Positions 1 to 13,550 of a DNA stretch of 64,000 bases are shown here, one piece after another. Source of the stretch: Octopus sinensis (taxonomy: Eukaryota); NCBI RefSeq assembly GCF_006345805.1, contig NC_042997.1, forward strand, positions 88,226,001 through 88,290,000, read 5' to 3'. Position 1 is the first letter of the stretch; every line of letters begins with the position of its first letter. A program made the position numbers and the translations under genes. Below the pieces are notes generated by a model, which was given only the letters and a program-made list of their open reading frames with translations, was not told where the DNA came from and made no database searches.

Positions 1-1030
1 CTAGCTGGCCTTGTGCCAAAATTTGAAATTAATATATTATGTCACTCAGTGTTACTCGGTTTTCAGTACTGAGTGTGTTTTTACCTTATTTTTGTTTATA
101 TCTATGTGCATGAGTGTGTGAATACACACATCCTCACAAACACACATATATGTCACAGTGGTGCAAATATATTTAACACTTCAAGAAATAAACAGAACAT
201 AAATTTTACAGATTTTTGTGTACTTTTAGATGATGAAAATGGATTTTCCACAATATAATTGCTTCAATTTTATCATGCAATCATTTGCTAGAAAAGTATA
301 GCTCTATTTATCATTCAACTATGGTAGTAGTTGAACAATATTCTTAAGGCTGCAATTTATTCACATGCAGTACCTTGCAGAGCTTGTCACTAATTCAGTT
401 CTTAACCAAATTGAAAACTGTTAACATTTTTGAAAAGGACTGGTTCCCAGCTACATTTTGGCATAAAATAATTGAGATTTAACCCAGTAGAAAAAAGTTT
501 ACATCAAAATTTGTAGCAAAGTTATAGGAGAGTAAGTAATGCCACCAATCAAGTTTAGATCTAAATAACAAAATATATTTATCTTAGCTTCAGTGATAGA
601 AGAAAGCATGAAGAATTCTATAGTTTTGTTACCTTGCAACAAAAATTTGTATGAAAGAAGTTGTGAGGTAAATATCATGAAAAAAAATATAAGTATAGCA
701 AAAAATTGGATTTAAGTATAATTAACTTTTTTATTTTAAAAGCAAACTATATTTTAATTAAGCTTAAATGAAAGAGTTCAGTTTCAGGAATTTCATGGTA
801 TCAATCTCATGCAATGAAGTTTTAAAAGAAAAACGTTATGAGTGTTTGTTTCTTAAATTTGAGGGTGATAATATAGTTCTATGCTTTTTTATGAATATAG
901 TTCTACAAGGGGACTTTTAATACATATCACTGGTGTCATTGAGGTAAGGAAAAAATCATCAATGACATCACTAATTGATGCATTTGACACATTATTAATT
1001 AGCATAATAGCATAGCCTGGAAAAAACTTG

Positions 1031-1886
1031 GATTACATGGAAAAATGCAAGCAAGAGAAATAATATTCTTAAGATTATAAACCTGGAAAATTACAGGAGA
1101 AGTTATTACACTTGGAAAAGTTCAGGACAAGTTATTACATCTGGTAAAGTACAGAACAAGAAAATTTTTACTTAAAATATTGCAGCTAAGGATAAAATGT
1201 GAATATTAAAAATTATTTGATTTTAATTTACAAAATAACAGTATGATTAAAAAAAGTATCATCATTTTTTTAAAATATTGACACACTAGAATACTTAAAA
1301 ATGAGAGCCAGAAGTACCAATGTAAGTTAAAGTTTTATGCAAAGTAGAGTAGTATATATGGTAGGCAAATGCATTATGTAAAAAATAGGCATTGGGTCAA
1401 GACTAAAAATGTGAAGACTTGGCAATAATGTAAGTGACTCAAGCAAATTTTGCTATGAATTTGTTGTTATAGGTAGATTTTACTGTAATATATAACTAAT
1501 TTTTCTATTTATTGTACTAACTGTGTACTACTACTATTCTTATAACCTATTTTCAAATTTTAAATTGATAATTTTTTTTTTTAAATGAATATCTTTAAAT
1601 GCAAAAAATATTTTGAGTTATTTTTAATAGAAGTAACAATAATAGAAGTAATAACTTGTAATAAAATTTTTAGTTTTAATAAAAGCTAATATTTTCTAAA
1701 TCTAAATATTTTATTTAAAATTTTATTCTTAGCTGCAATATTTTAAGTAAAAATTTTCTTGTTCTGTACTTTACCAGATGTAATAGCTGTCCTAAACATT
1801 TCCAAGTGTAATAACCTGTCCTGTAATTTTCCAGGTTTATAATCTTAAGAATATTATTTTTCTTGCTCACATTTTTCCATGTAATC
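1031..1886. repeat. Foldback/MITE-like inverted repeat: arms 1031-1198 and 1721-1886 around a ~520-bp AT-rich spacer
   Basis: The reverse complement of GATTACATGGAAAAATG...GCAGCTAAGGATAAAA matches TTTTATTCTTAGCTGC...CATTTTTCCATGTAATC at roughly 90% by eye. The arms contain ~29-bp internal subrepeats (..GGAAAA.T.CAGGA.AAGTTATTACA). Confidence 0.9.
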
Positions 1887-2053
1887 TACCTATCTAATAC
1901 ACTCCCACAGAGGAATATACATACATGCATACATACATACATAGATATGCACTTAAGCTTAATAGAGGGTTTCTTAGAGAAATCTGGCTAATGGTCTATC
2001 AATGTGAAGTGAAGTCTAGGGTGTAGGGTTCAGTTTGATTGTGTATCCCCAAA

Positions 2054-2121
<68 letters not shown>
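2054..2121. repeat. Compound (AC)n(TA)n microsatellite
   Basis: Directly visible. Confidence 0.95.
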
Positions 2122-2127
<6 letters not shown>

Positions 2128-2139
2128 ATGACAATTGAA

Positions 2140-2560
2140 AGAAATGTTAATAGATCCCACCCATTTGGTCTCAGTTTCAATCTCACTGCATGGCACAAGG
2201 GGCAAGTGTTTTTTTTTTACCATAGCCCCTGGCCAACTAAAGCTTTGTGAGTGGGTTTGATAAAAAAAAAACTGAAAGAAGCTTGTCATATGTATGTATG
2301 TATGTATGTATCTGTATGTGTGTGTTTATGTGTACCCTTGTCTTGACATGTAATGCTTGTAAAAGGGCATCATCATCATATAAGTGATGTTTGTTTCAAG
2401 AATTCTGAGAAAGACATGTTGGACATGGGGAAATATTACCTTGCTTGGAAATAGGTAACAGTTGATGACAGAAAAGATATCTGGCCTTAGAAACTTGCTT
2501 CAACAAATTCCCCCTGACCCATGCAAGCATGGAAAAGGAGACATTAAATGATGATGTTTA
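2140..2560 (+). mobile_element. tRNA-headed SINE (family B head) with RTE-type 3' tail ending in ATG repeats
   Basis: Decayed B box CAGTTTCAATCTC followed by GCATGGCACAAGGGGCAAGTG..AAAGCTTTGTGAGTGG, an internal microsatellite, and a tail CATGCAAGCATGGAAAAGGAGACATTAAATGATGATG resembling the RTE 3' ends at 16850 and 59500. Confidence 0.65.
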
Positions 2561-2569
2561 CGATATAAT

Positions 2570-2720
2570 TCCATACTGTTTATATCCACCAAATTCTATT
2601 TACAAACCATTGGTCAACCTGTGGCTCTCATAGAAACACATGCCCAAAGTACTGTGATGAGAGATCAAATCTGTGATTTCAATGCAAACATAATATGTTA
2701 ATAACACAACCATCTTTGTG
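2570..2720 (-). mobile_element. Decayed family B SINE head, inverted relative to the neighbouring copy
   Basis: The reverse complement GGTTGTGTTATTAA..GATTTGATCTCTCATCACAGTACTTTGGGCATGTG..GTTGACCAATGGTTTGTAAATAGAATTTGG matches other family B heads in the window. Confidence 0.5.
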
Positions 2721-4574
2721 TTCAGTCATGGAAATTCTCAGTAAATTATTACACCATCATATTTTTGAAACCCCAATGCAGATAGTTTTCTATATAAATT
2801 AAGTCTTTCTTGACAAGATTCTATTTCAAATTTTATTCAGTATCATAGAATTATGCTCAAAATACTACTTAAGATGAAGCAATATTTTATATATTCTTTT
2901 CAATATATATTTTGATTCATAAACATATATATTCTCTTAAATATATATGATGATTTTTTTTAATGGACAAACGAGTTCCTCATTTTCCAACAAATTCTAA
3001 GTACTCAAGCTACTATGATTCATATTTACGAAAACACCACTGCAAGTTCTTGTATTCTTCCTATACATCTTATTTCCCACAGTTCTACTTTACAATGTTG
3101 CTGCTTCTATTGGTTTGTGGTTTATGCTAGTTTATCTTAATATTTTTATTCTTTATTCTTCTAATATTATATTACTATTGGGTGATGGAATTCACAGAAG
3201 AGCAAAATGTTTGTCTTGTTTCTCAGTTTGGTAGTTAATATTTTCGTTTTTATCCCTAGGTTTGTTCTGATCTTGCAAACCTATTATCAAAGACATTCCA
3301 AATATGACCTCTCTATCTTTTTCTTTATAACATGGTGCAAATCAATTATGGACAAACTGTGGCCACATAAACTTTCTAAATGGCATGCCTAGTAGTGCAT
3401 CCTACCTGGTGATGAGCCATGTTCCATATGGCCAGTTTTTTGAAAAAGGTTATTCATGTCTAGTGTAAATCAAACTATATTTATTTTATGTTTATTTCCC
3501 TTTAAGAGATAGTAGAATGTTATCTGAGGGCCATTTGGCTCCTATTCATTTATAGCAGGATGGGTGACAATGTAGAAGCTGTTTCATTAGCTCCTCTTAC
3601 TATGAATCATGCCAGTTGAACTTTGCCTTCCATCCTGCTGACTCAGTAAAATGATACACTAAGTAATATACTAATTTATAACTGTATCCTATTCATATCT
3701 TTAGCTTAGGCTTTTGAGTCTTGTTGAAAGAAACTATTTTTCTTTGCATTGCTCCTTTTCAACGTTTGTATTGATATTTTTATAGTTGATGTACAAGTGA
3801 ATTGTTGAAGTCTATGATAAGGCCTGCTACATCCAGTATGGATATTATATTGCTTCAAACTGTTTGAGTAGCTACTGCCATGCCGTTGGTTTTCCTCAAT
3901 ATCAACAATAACTTATATTAAATCATATTTGCTTGGAAGCCCATTGACTGAAATATATTTTGATTGAGAATTATTCAATCAAAAGATTTATTCTTTTTCT
4001 CTTTTTTTTTATGCTTCCAGTCTTGTATAATTCCTGAAAATTATTGCAGTATATGTCATCAGACTCTATAAAACATGCAGTTTACCAGTTTCTCTTCCTT
4101 CCAGATGCCATTTCTCAATAACCTTCTCCTCCTATTGACAATATAGTTTATGTTTGTATAACACTGGTGTGTTTGTATAGGTCTGCATACATTCATTTGC
4201 ATATGAATCTTTCTATGCGTTATGTTTATGAGTCTCTTTATATGATATGTGTGTATGACTTTTTAGTGTGTACAAGCTGTGTTCATGTGTGCATGTTCTA
4301 TAGAAGTTCTTTGCACAGTAATATGATATGTATTTGGTGAACATTATTTAAAACAGGAGTACACATGAAGATATTTATGAGGATGTCCAAGTTACATGTG
4401 TGTGTGAGTATGTTTGTGTAATTCCTGAACAGAAGATTTGATTGAATTAGTATGTTTATGGGATTAACTTAACTATATGACATCAGTTTTATCAAAATTA
4501 CATTCCTTGCCAAACTACATTTTGCTCACATAAACCCAATAACTATATCAAGTCAAATAAGAAGAGCTATAAGG

Positions 4575-5830
4575 TGTTTTTGATTTTGTTGTTTTGTTTG
4601 TGTGGTTTGATCTGTGCCTATGATTGACACAGACTGACCAAGACCAGTGTGACTGATACAGTTGAGGTTCTTCTTGAGTTGCAAGTCAACAACCGCAAGA
4701 AAAACATGAGCAGAGATAGAATTCCAGAAGGATAACATTCAGGGGAGGTTGGATTGTATGTAAGGTTTTGTGCATGGCCTTGAGGCAGAAGTAGAGTGAT
4801 ATGAGAAAGATAGAAGAGAGAAGTGGGTCTGGGTGGAGATGGCATAATATCATCAGCTTTGAGGAACAAAGGCCATTGTAGTAGCAGTAAGTAAGATTTA
4901 GAGATGTTTGTGGACAAGATATTGGTGAGTAACTCCATGCCACTCAGTTGAGTGGCCTTTATTTGAATAGGGTGTAGGATACTTGACCTGCTAGGAAATA
5001 CCACTAAATATCCCTCAGATAATATAGTCTTATGTGTATGAAGTATGTTTACATTGTTGAGTGTTCTTTAATGTTGCTGGTAAGAAGTGGATTTGGTAGG
5101 TGCTATTTTAAGTCAGTCATTGTGGAGCCAGGTTTCTGGAAGATTTAAATAGGGTTGGGCCTGTTGTGCAGCAATATCTGAAGAGTGGTGGGAAGATATG
5201 AATGTAATGTCTTCTATATGAGCCTGTTATGAAAGTGTAGGAATGTCATACAGCTAAAGATTGGTAAGAGTGAGTAAGAAGAGGAATTCCTGTGGTATTT
5301 CATTTGGAAAATTATATTGTAAATCCCGGAAATATTTGTTATTGTACACTACATTGGCTTGGTAGTCTGAGAGGCAGTTTACTAGCTAGTGTTTTGTTTT
5401 GGTTCTTAGAATGTGTTGAATACTTTTTGTTTTGAGCAAGTAGCATGAAATGGAGTGAAAAGGTTTGCTGTTATTGATGGCAGTTAGAATGGTACATAAA
5501 GGAGTTTTTTGTTGTTTAAGCCATCATATAATTCCTCTGTTAGGTTTGTGAGTAGGGTGGTGGTCTAAATCCATGTTGTGACTTAGGGAAAGGGATGGGA
5601 AAGTTATGTTAAATATTAGTTTTTTCTAGAATTTTTACGATATGCATGAGGATGATGCATCTGAATGACACTACTTCCTCAAGTTTTTGTAAAGTTTTAG
5701 AAATGTTTTAATGTTGTCTAGCTTCCAAATTCAAGGAATTTGATAATGTCAGGATGAGTAGTTGTAGATGTTGGCAAGTGCTATGATTCACCCAAGCCCC
5801 AGATATTTTGGGTGCATGTGTATGATTTGC
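4575..5830 (-). pseudogene. Decayed non-LTR retrotransposon reverse transcriptase (Jockey/I/CR1-type motifs) with CAA-rich 3' tail
   Basis: Minus-strand translation gives IVKILEK, PKSQHGFRP (~5560-5586), TILTAINNSKPFHSIS (decayed AIDxSKAFD), FPNEIPQEFL (decayed GVPQGSVL, ~5280-5312) and IEDITFISSH..DIAAQQAQP (decayed YADD region). There are many stops and frameshifts. Confidence 0.75.
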
Positions 5831-6382
5831 TTGGCCCAGAGGGTTTTAAACTTTTAAATTTCCCTTTGCTTTTTGGATATCTGGTGAAAGAAAACAGTTA
5901 AAACCTTGGGTTAATGAATTTCATGAAACAAAGAGTGAAGGTTGTCAAAATACCTTTATAATGAATGACAATTTAAATGGAAAAGGGATGTTATTATTCA
6001 TGAATAAAAAGTACTACTTTAATTGCTTTTGAAGTAGTACAATAATTGTATAATAATGATGCGCAGCAGTAACATTAAAATACTGTGCTACTAAAAAATC
6101 TAAAGTTACCCACATTGTTTCTTAACCAACTCACCATAACCTGTACTAATCACTTTATCCAGACACTCTTCCTCTGAATGTACTTCTACTCCCTTAGAAT
6201 TCCCTCCCTGCCTATGTCTTTTATGTAGCTGCCATCTTGCAACTGTTCAACAAGAATATTAACTACATTGAGCTCACCAGTCTCAGTCTACAAAGGCCAT
6301 GGATACAACTTCCTTCCTGCAGACCGAAACATTAAAAAATGGATTTATGTTTCTTAATTTTGATTTTGTACTGAGTGGATAA

Positions 6383-7205
6383 TGCATGAAGCAAAACAGG
6401 AAGAATACAGCATCAAAAGGCATGGCTTGCATGCTTTTAATTTTCTAATCTAAAGTATGCAGATAAAACTACTCTACTTGCTAAGACTGAAGCTAGACTA
6501 CAAGAAATGATGAACAGAGTTAAGAAGATATCAAATGTGCTCAACCTCAAGAAAACAAAAGTAATGGTAGTAGGAAAAGAGAAGGTAAATGGTAACATCA
6601 GACTCTGCTGTGAGAGGCTTGAAACAGATTGAATTGTATGAGTATCTTGGAACCCAAATCTCTGATGAAGAAACATGTAAGAAAGAAATTAGGACATGGC
6701 TAGCCATGGCAAGAACGTCCATGGAAAAGCATAATAACATTTGGACAAGCAAAAATATCTCAATTAAGTTAAAAACTAGGCTAGAGTGAGTGCTTATTTG
6801 GCCAATAGGCATTTATGACTGCAAAGCATGGACCCTGAACAAATTTGAAAAGATCATAATCAGGGCGTTTGAAATGTGGATGTATGGGATAATGTTACAA
6901 GAATCATCAGACAAATGAATGGGTGTTACAACAAATAGATGATAAACAACAATCCCTGAACATTGTGAAAATACTAAGGCTCATTTATTATGGCCATATT
7001 CAAAGAAGCAGAGGTTTGGAAAGCATTATTATAGAAGGAAGAATAGAGGCAGTAGATCAAGAGGCAGGTAAAGAATGTAATGGATGGACAATGTCAAGAA
7101 CTGGTTGGATAAGAGTGGTAAGGCAGCTGGAGAACTCACATGTAATCAGGAAGACTTTTGTTGTGTCATCAATGTGTTCAAACATACAATACATGACAAC
7201 AATGA
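6383..7205 (+). pseudogene. 5'-truncated RTE-clade LINE fragment (RT C-terminal half)
   Basis: KYADKTTLLAKTEARLQEMMNRV, YEYLGTQISDEETCKKEIRTWLAMAR..IWTSKNISIKLKTRL, AWTLNKFEKIIIRAFEMW and LIYYGHIQRSRGLESIIIEGRIE are classic RTE motifs, here disrupted. Confidence 0.85.
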
Positions 7206-7918
7206 TGAGTGTGTTGTTCTCAATGTTTAATCCCAAGTTAGCTATGATCAAGTTGACTTATAACAATAAGGCAAATTTTGAGAGCAATGTTACAATTAAT
7301 GGGCTGAGTAGCCATGTAGAATACACTCTGCCTTTGGATTGCTTAAAATGTGGTTCTGGGGAAAGGATCTCTGTCAATGATATTAAGTGGAAAATTTATT
7401 ATCAGTGGAAGGTATAATAAACAAATAGAAATAGGATGAGAATATAAACTATAGTATTGGTGTGATATTACCTTACATTGTCATTCCTGTCTTCATAAAC
7501 AGTCAGTCTCATTGTTATCTTTTTTTCAACTCTGCCCTCATTGTCATTATCATTGACAAGGTCAAGAGAAAAAAGACTGTAAATGAAGATCTCTTTCTGT
7601 ATAAACTGAGTGTAAGTGTATCTGTAAAACAGTTTTGATTACTGGAAAAGCTATTTTACTCCAAGATCAAAAGCAATCACCCTCATCATCACTCTCACCA
7701 TCATTTACAGCCACTTTCTATGACGAAGATGATGATATCAATTGTTGAAAACACCACTGCATTTGAGTTTCATCTTCATTAATTATTTTTCGTATTTCTC
7801 TAGTTTTTTTATGTTTAGTTTGGAACAATAAAGTTCTTAAGTCTGTCAATGTTTTTAGAACTTCTAGATGAAAAGTTCATTGATCCTTGGTAAAATTAAA
7901 AAGAATAGGCTACTTTAG

Positions 7919-8064
7919 TCAGCTAAGAATGTAGATCTAACAGATCCATCCAACTCAACAAAAGTCATTGATGCTATCAAACAACTTTTAAGTAATAAAT
8001 TTCTAAGAGCAGGTACTGTTCTCGCTGAAATTTATAACATAGACAACCCTATATCAGTGACAAG
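7919..8064 (+). CDS. Speculative upstream exon (48 open codons, phase 2 donor compatible with exon 29921)
   Basis: TTTAG|TCA ... ACAAG|GTAACT with an open frame SAKNVDLTDPSNSTKVIDAIKQLLSNKFLRAGTVLAEIYNIDNPISVT(R). The pyrimidine tract is weak and I recognise no homology. Confidence 0.2.
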
Positions 8065-8811
8065 GTAACTGAATTGTTAACTCTTAAATTACAAACAGAA
8101 GTTTTCCCTCTGACATTCATTTTTACAACTATAAGGTAACAGACAGTTGTATTACAATCTGTATTTTATTACAAGATCTTAGCTTGTAATTAATTATGAA
8201 CAGATTTTCCACAGTGTATTTAATAAGTCGGAATATCAAGCAAAATTCTTTTAGAAAGTTTCAATACACTAAACATGGCTATTTCACAGTAAAAGTCCTA
8301 AATCAGACGGGTTTTACATTTATATAGAATGAAAGATGTCCATACACCAAAACAGCTCTTTTTACAATGAATTAAGTCATGTTTTAGTTAATGAACAAAA
8401 GAAACATCTTAAGAGTTTTTGCAAAATCGTTACAAAAAGATTTTGCGTTCACACTATAACACATTGTACATCAAAGTTATTTTTCAGTATAAACCAGGCT
8501 TAGTATATATAGAACTGTTATTTCTTTTAGTAATTTCATATGCTAGCAAATATATATACCTTCCTCACTAAAATACTTTAACATCAACACAGTAAAGTGA
8601 GGCAAATCTTTCTCAGCAATATTGCAACTTAATTCTTTCTCTCTTGTCAACAAAATTAATACCAATCAAATAGTGAGATTGACTTAACTGAGTGTTACTG
8701 TTTCCTGAAAAGCATACCTTATACATAAGTTAAAGACTTCTATTATTTGTGTTACTTCAAATATAGAAATTCTTAATATTATAATTTCATGGCAAAGAAC
8801 ACCAGGAATTA

Positions 8812-8990
8812 TTGATCATCATCATCATCATTGTCATCATGCCCATGTTCCGTACCGGCATGAGTTAGACATCTTGAAAATGGACCCAATGAGTCCAAGG
8901 ACTGCATCATGCTCCAGTGTCTGCTTTGGCATGGTTTCTACAGCTGGGTGCCCTTCCTAATGCCAACCACTTTCAGGGTATACTGGGTAT
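8812..8990 (-). mobile_element. RTE 3'-end / RTE-tailed SINE fragment
   Basis: (CAT)n tail followed by the reverse complement of GAGTGGTTGGCATTAGGAAGGGCACCCAGCTGTAGAAACCATGCCAAA, also seen at 59370-59410. Confidence 0.7.
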
Positions 8991-9939
8991 TGGACTAAAT
9001 ATGCTCTATATATTCTAAATTCAGATCCTGCCAAAGTCAACTTTGCTTTTTATTTATTCAGTAAAAACCAATTGAATATTGGAGTGATGTGGCAATATGA
9101 TCAATTAAAACCATATTTGTATCCTTGTGACTATATTAAAAATCATTATTTATTACATTTTATGCCACAAGTTCTGGAGCACTGCAGTTCATCCTGACAG
9201 CTTTCAGTTAAAACCATCTGAATTTTAATTTCCTAATCTTGCCTGGATCAGTTCAGTTGACTAATCTTTTCACTTACAAATTTGTAACCTTAGGCCTATG
9301 TTAGAAATCATTATTATTCTTACAACTGTAGATTGGTAGAACTAGAGGAATGCCATACAAAATACCCTGTGATGTTCCTTTATGTTCTGAGGAGTTCAGT
9401 CCTGCCAAGTTGACTTTTCTTCTTTTATATCCTCCTTGGCTAAAAAGCTAAATCACAAGTACTGGGGTTGATTTAATCAATTATACACCACCCTAGATCT
9501 GTAGCTTTGTTACAAGGAAGCCTTCATCAATTTTTACATGATCCTCTTGTAGAAGAATGTAAAGTTAGAGAGAGAGGTGCAATCTCCAGTAAATTAATGA
9601 AAGGTTACTGACAGTAGTGAGTATGGCTTGAATAAATGGATCCACTCCCAGCATGCATCTATGGATCCAAGAATGACACCCAGAAAAGGGCATTTGGCTT
9701 TGTGCCTATGTTAGGAAACATTATCATTATTTCCTCTTAGATTTCTTGATTGACCCTAGCTGGCTGTCTTCACTATTGGGAACTTAATACTTAATTGTAT
9801 GTATTGTTGTTACTTTTTTTCTTGCTCATTACAATATAACACCTACACACCTCACTGTTTTGATCCCATTTTTTATACTATCCTTATTGTCCTTAAACTT
9901 TTGTGGACAATAAAGAAAGTGTTGTTATTGTCAAGGCAG

Positions 9940-10140
9940 CAAGCTTTAGCATGTCAGAAAAATTCCGTTGCAACATTTCTTCTGATTTTATATTCTGAGT
10001 TCAAATATTGTTAAGGTCAACTTTTCCTTTCATTCATTTGGGGTCAAAAAACGAAGTACCAATCAGGTACTAGGGTCAATGAAATTGACTAACACCTGCC
10101 CACTACAATTGCTGGCCTTGTGCCAAACTTTGAAGCAATT
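9940..10140 (+). mobile_element. tRNA-derived SINE family A (further copies at about 1-40, 8995-9110, 9335-9470, 10175-10310, 41476-41600, 54720-54830)
   Basis: B-box-like CTGAGTTCAAAT, body GTCAACTTTTCCTTTCATT..GGGGTC..AAGTACCA and 3' end GCTGGCCTTGTGCCAAA..GAA..ATTATT recur across the listed copies. Confidence 0.75.
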
Positions 10141-11928
10141 ATTATCGTATTTATTGTTAGTGTTAATATTATTTGCTGAGGTCAGCTTTGCTTTACAGCC
10201 TTCTGGTATTGATAAAATAAAGTACTACTCAAGAGTTAAAGATTACTATAAACCATCCACCTTATTTTCATGTCTTTGCCAGTCTAAGAAAACATTATTA
10301 TTATGGCCTTGAGTTGAGTTCTAATTGTTTGGTTTCATTCGATGATGATGATTCCTAGTAATATAATCTGCTAATTCCCTTATGAGTTTTTCTTAAACTG
10401 CACTTAATGCTTCATAGGTTAGAAAATAGAGGTTTTCATTTTTTTTTTCGCTTTTTTTTTCTTTGTAGGAATATGAAAATGACATTGCAAGAATGTGCTA
10501 GCAAAAGGCGTCAAGCAATCAAAAAACACATATATACATGCATGCACATGCACAGAGAAAACACATTTTTTCATATGAGTAGAAGTTATATGTTTTATAT
10601 TGTTTTCCTTTGTTGATAATTGTTGACATATGCACAGTACACATGCACACACACACACAAACAATTATATATGCACAAATATATACATTTTATTTTCATA
10701 GTTTCTAGGTAGTGTCTGTACATACCTTAACCAGTATCAACCATTTCTTAAATTTTACTTTGATCTGTCTCCCTTTTCTTTTGTATTTATCTTCAACAAG
10801 GAATATACAAACTATCAGTTTATTTTTAACTTCATTTCTTGTATCATTGTACTGCACATGCTGTTCCACATTCATATGTGGTATAAACACATTATATTAT
10901 GTAGAATACTGCAGTATTTCCTTGTGCAGGTGTGTCCTCAACTCTTTGTCTGTTACTTGCTGTACTCATATACTTAAATATTGATGGTATCTGCTGTATT
11001 TCTGCATACATGTAAAGCTATTACAATGGTTACCTTGATGTGCTTCTAAATGAACATACATATACATACATGTGCTGCTTAACCAGAATATTTATTTACC
11101 TTTGTCAAATGTGTTTATGTTTGTGCAACAGAGCTCAGGTTTATGTATATGTGTATATCTGTTTGTTGGTATAGATATATATGTTGTCTGCTTGTATTCA
11201 TAGGTGTAGGCAGGCAGGCAGGCAGGCTGGCTGGCTGGCTGGCTGGCAGATGTGTATGACATGTGAGAGTATGCATGTGTGTGTTTAATATTACTATTTC
11301 AACATACATGTGTGTAATATTAATATTTTTGTATGTATATGTGATTGTATAACTGCTAATATAGTAATCATATAGACATATGTTTGAATTTAAATAAAAG
11401 TACATGCAAGTCATTCTCCAAATACATCAAATACAACTACAATTTTATATATCACAGCAAGCTGATATAGCACTATTATTACAGCATGCATGGTAAAAAT
11501 AAATAAAACCAAATATTCATATCTACATAACAATATATTCTTCTTTTGGAAGAACTACCATCATTTAGTATTAGTACCAGTAAAGTCTCTGTTTTCTCAT
11601 GCAAACAGGCATTTGAACCTTAATGAGTATGCTTTGTCATTTTATCAAATCTCAGAAAACATCTGTCTACTGAGTTATTATATTTTGTAGGAGAAAGCAC
11701 TATATATTCTGTGGAAGCTAGCCATTTTCCAAATACATGTATCAAAGTTCATTTACTTTCAGTAGTTTTTAATACTTGAATACAATCTTCAAAGGCTGTT
11801 ATCTTCCTCTTTCTTTGATTAGATTTAGGGACTCTTCTTATAAGATGGCTTATATAGCTTTAATTTCATTATTCTAAATACTTTTAAATGTAGAAATTCT
11901 ATTATTACATTATATCTGAATAAAACTC

Positions 11929-12296
<368 letters not shown>

Positions 12297-13119
12297 TTAA
12301 TACTAATGCAATTCAAAATAATAAACTACTAAGAATTTCTTCTAAAATATTTCTCATCTTTAAACATGTCATCCTCAGTCAATATTTTTGTGTTTTACTA
12401 GAACCTCTCTTTCATGTGTTCTTGCGTAATAAAAGGATTTCTAATGTCAATTTCGTTTAAACGTCACAAAGACAAAGGAATTTAGTTTTATTGTTATTAG
12501 TTACAGAGAAAGAACTATGTCACTATTAAAAGTGAGTTGACTATGATTATTTGGAAAGTTCAGTAGTTTTACTGAATTAGTAACATCTTCATCAGGAATT
12601 GTTCCCTCCCCACAAATACTGTCAGACATTGAGGATCAGTTATGTCCCTTTATAGCCATGGCTTAGTTCTTGCTTGACAGTGCCAAAACCAGGTCACATG
12701 GTATAGTTGCCAGGGTTATAAGTTTATTATAGGGGCAGCTCTGACAAAAACTTCCTTATTTATAATTGAAAGAGAAAGCAATCTACTTACGTGCAAAGAT
12801 GTTGTTATTGGAAAATACTAGGCCATGTTCTTAGGAATCAAATTCTGTAGATAAATCATTTCTTAACATAAGTCTTCCATGAGAAAATCCAACTGCAATA
12901 GCATGGAGCCAAATAAAGCCAGAACTGTGCAACGTGAATTAGAAAGATTAAAGCCGTAAGTAGATCTGATAAAGCAATTTTCTGTAGTGTATGTTGTATT
13001 CAATGTAGGTACACGCAGTTCCTTCAGTAGAAATATTTGTCCAAATTTTTTGTTTTCATTCAAAACTAGGAGAGTATTTTATCCTTTGGCTATGAAGAAA
13101 CATGTGTACATTTCCTGAT

Positions 13120-13550
13120 ACTCTCTCTCTCTCTCTCTCTCTCCCTCCCTCCCTCTCTCTTTATCTATCTGTCTATCTTTCTACTCCACTATATTCTTCT
13201 TCGCACTGTTTTGAATTCTTTAGCTTTCTGTCTCTCATATGTTCTCTCTCACATTCAATTTCTTCCTCCCCCTCTCCATCTCTTTGTAATGTTGCTTTCT
13301 CTCTCAATTTTTCTTTCTTTTCCTATCTTGATTAATTCCTCACACACACACACACACTCTCTCTCTCTCTCTCTCTCTCTTATTTTCATAAAGACACACA
13401 CAAACACATAGGTACACATTCTGTGTAACCAGCTATTAACATTTTTAATTTCTCCTCTCACTATCAACATCATCATCATCATCATAGTCACTGTTCTTAT
13501 TGTCATCACCATCATCATTGTCGTCATTATCATCATCATCATCGACAACT
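13120..13550. repeat. Cluster of (CT)n, (CA)n(CT)n and (CAT)n microsatellites
   Basis: Directly visible. Confidence 0.9.

Noticed and set aside
1999-2289. ORFs with CV/HT/IY runs here and at 10419, 13102-13548, 21016-21385 and 38206-38478
   Set aside because: Microsatellite-derived open frames.
3405-3450. GTGATGAGCCATG..ATGGCCAG..GAAA resembling a hammerhead core
   Set aside because: The core is not CUGAnGA, GAAA is not adjacent to the stem, and there is no stem III or NUH.
4088-4150. Strong acceptor-like TTCTCTTCCTTCCAG at about 4104
   Set aside because: All three frames stop within about 45 nt and there is no convincing donor before the stops.
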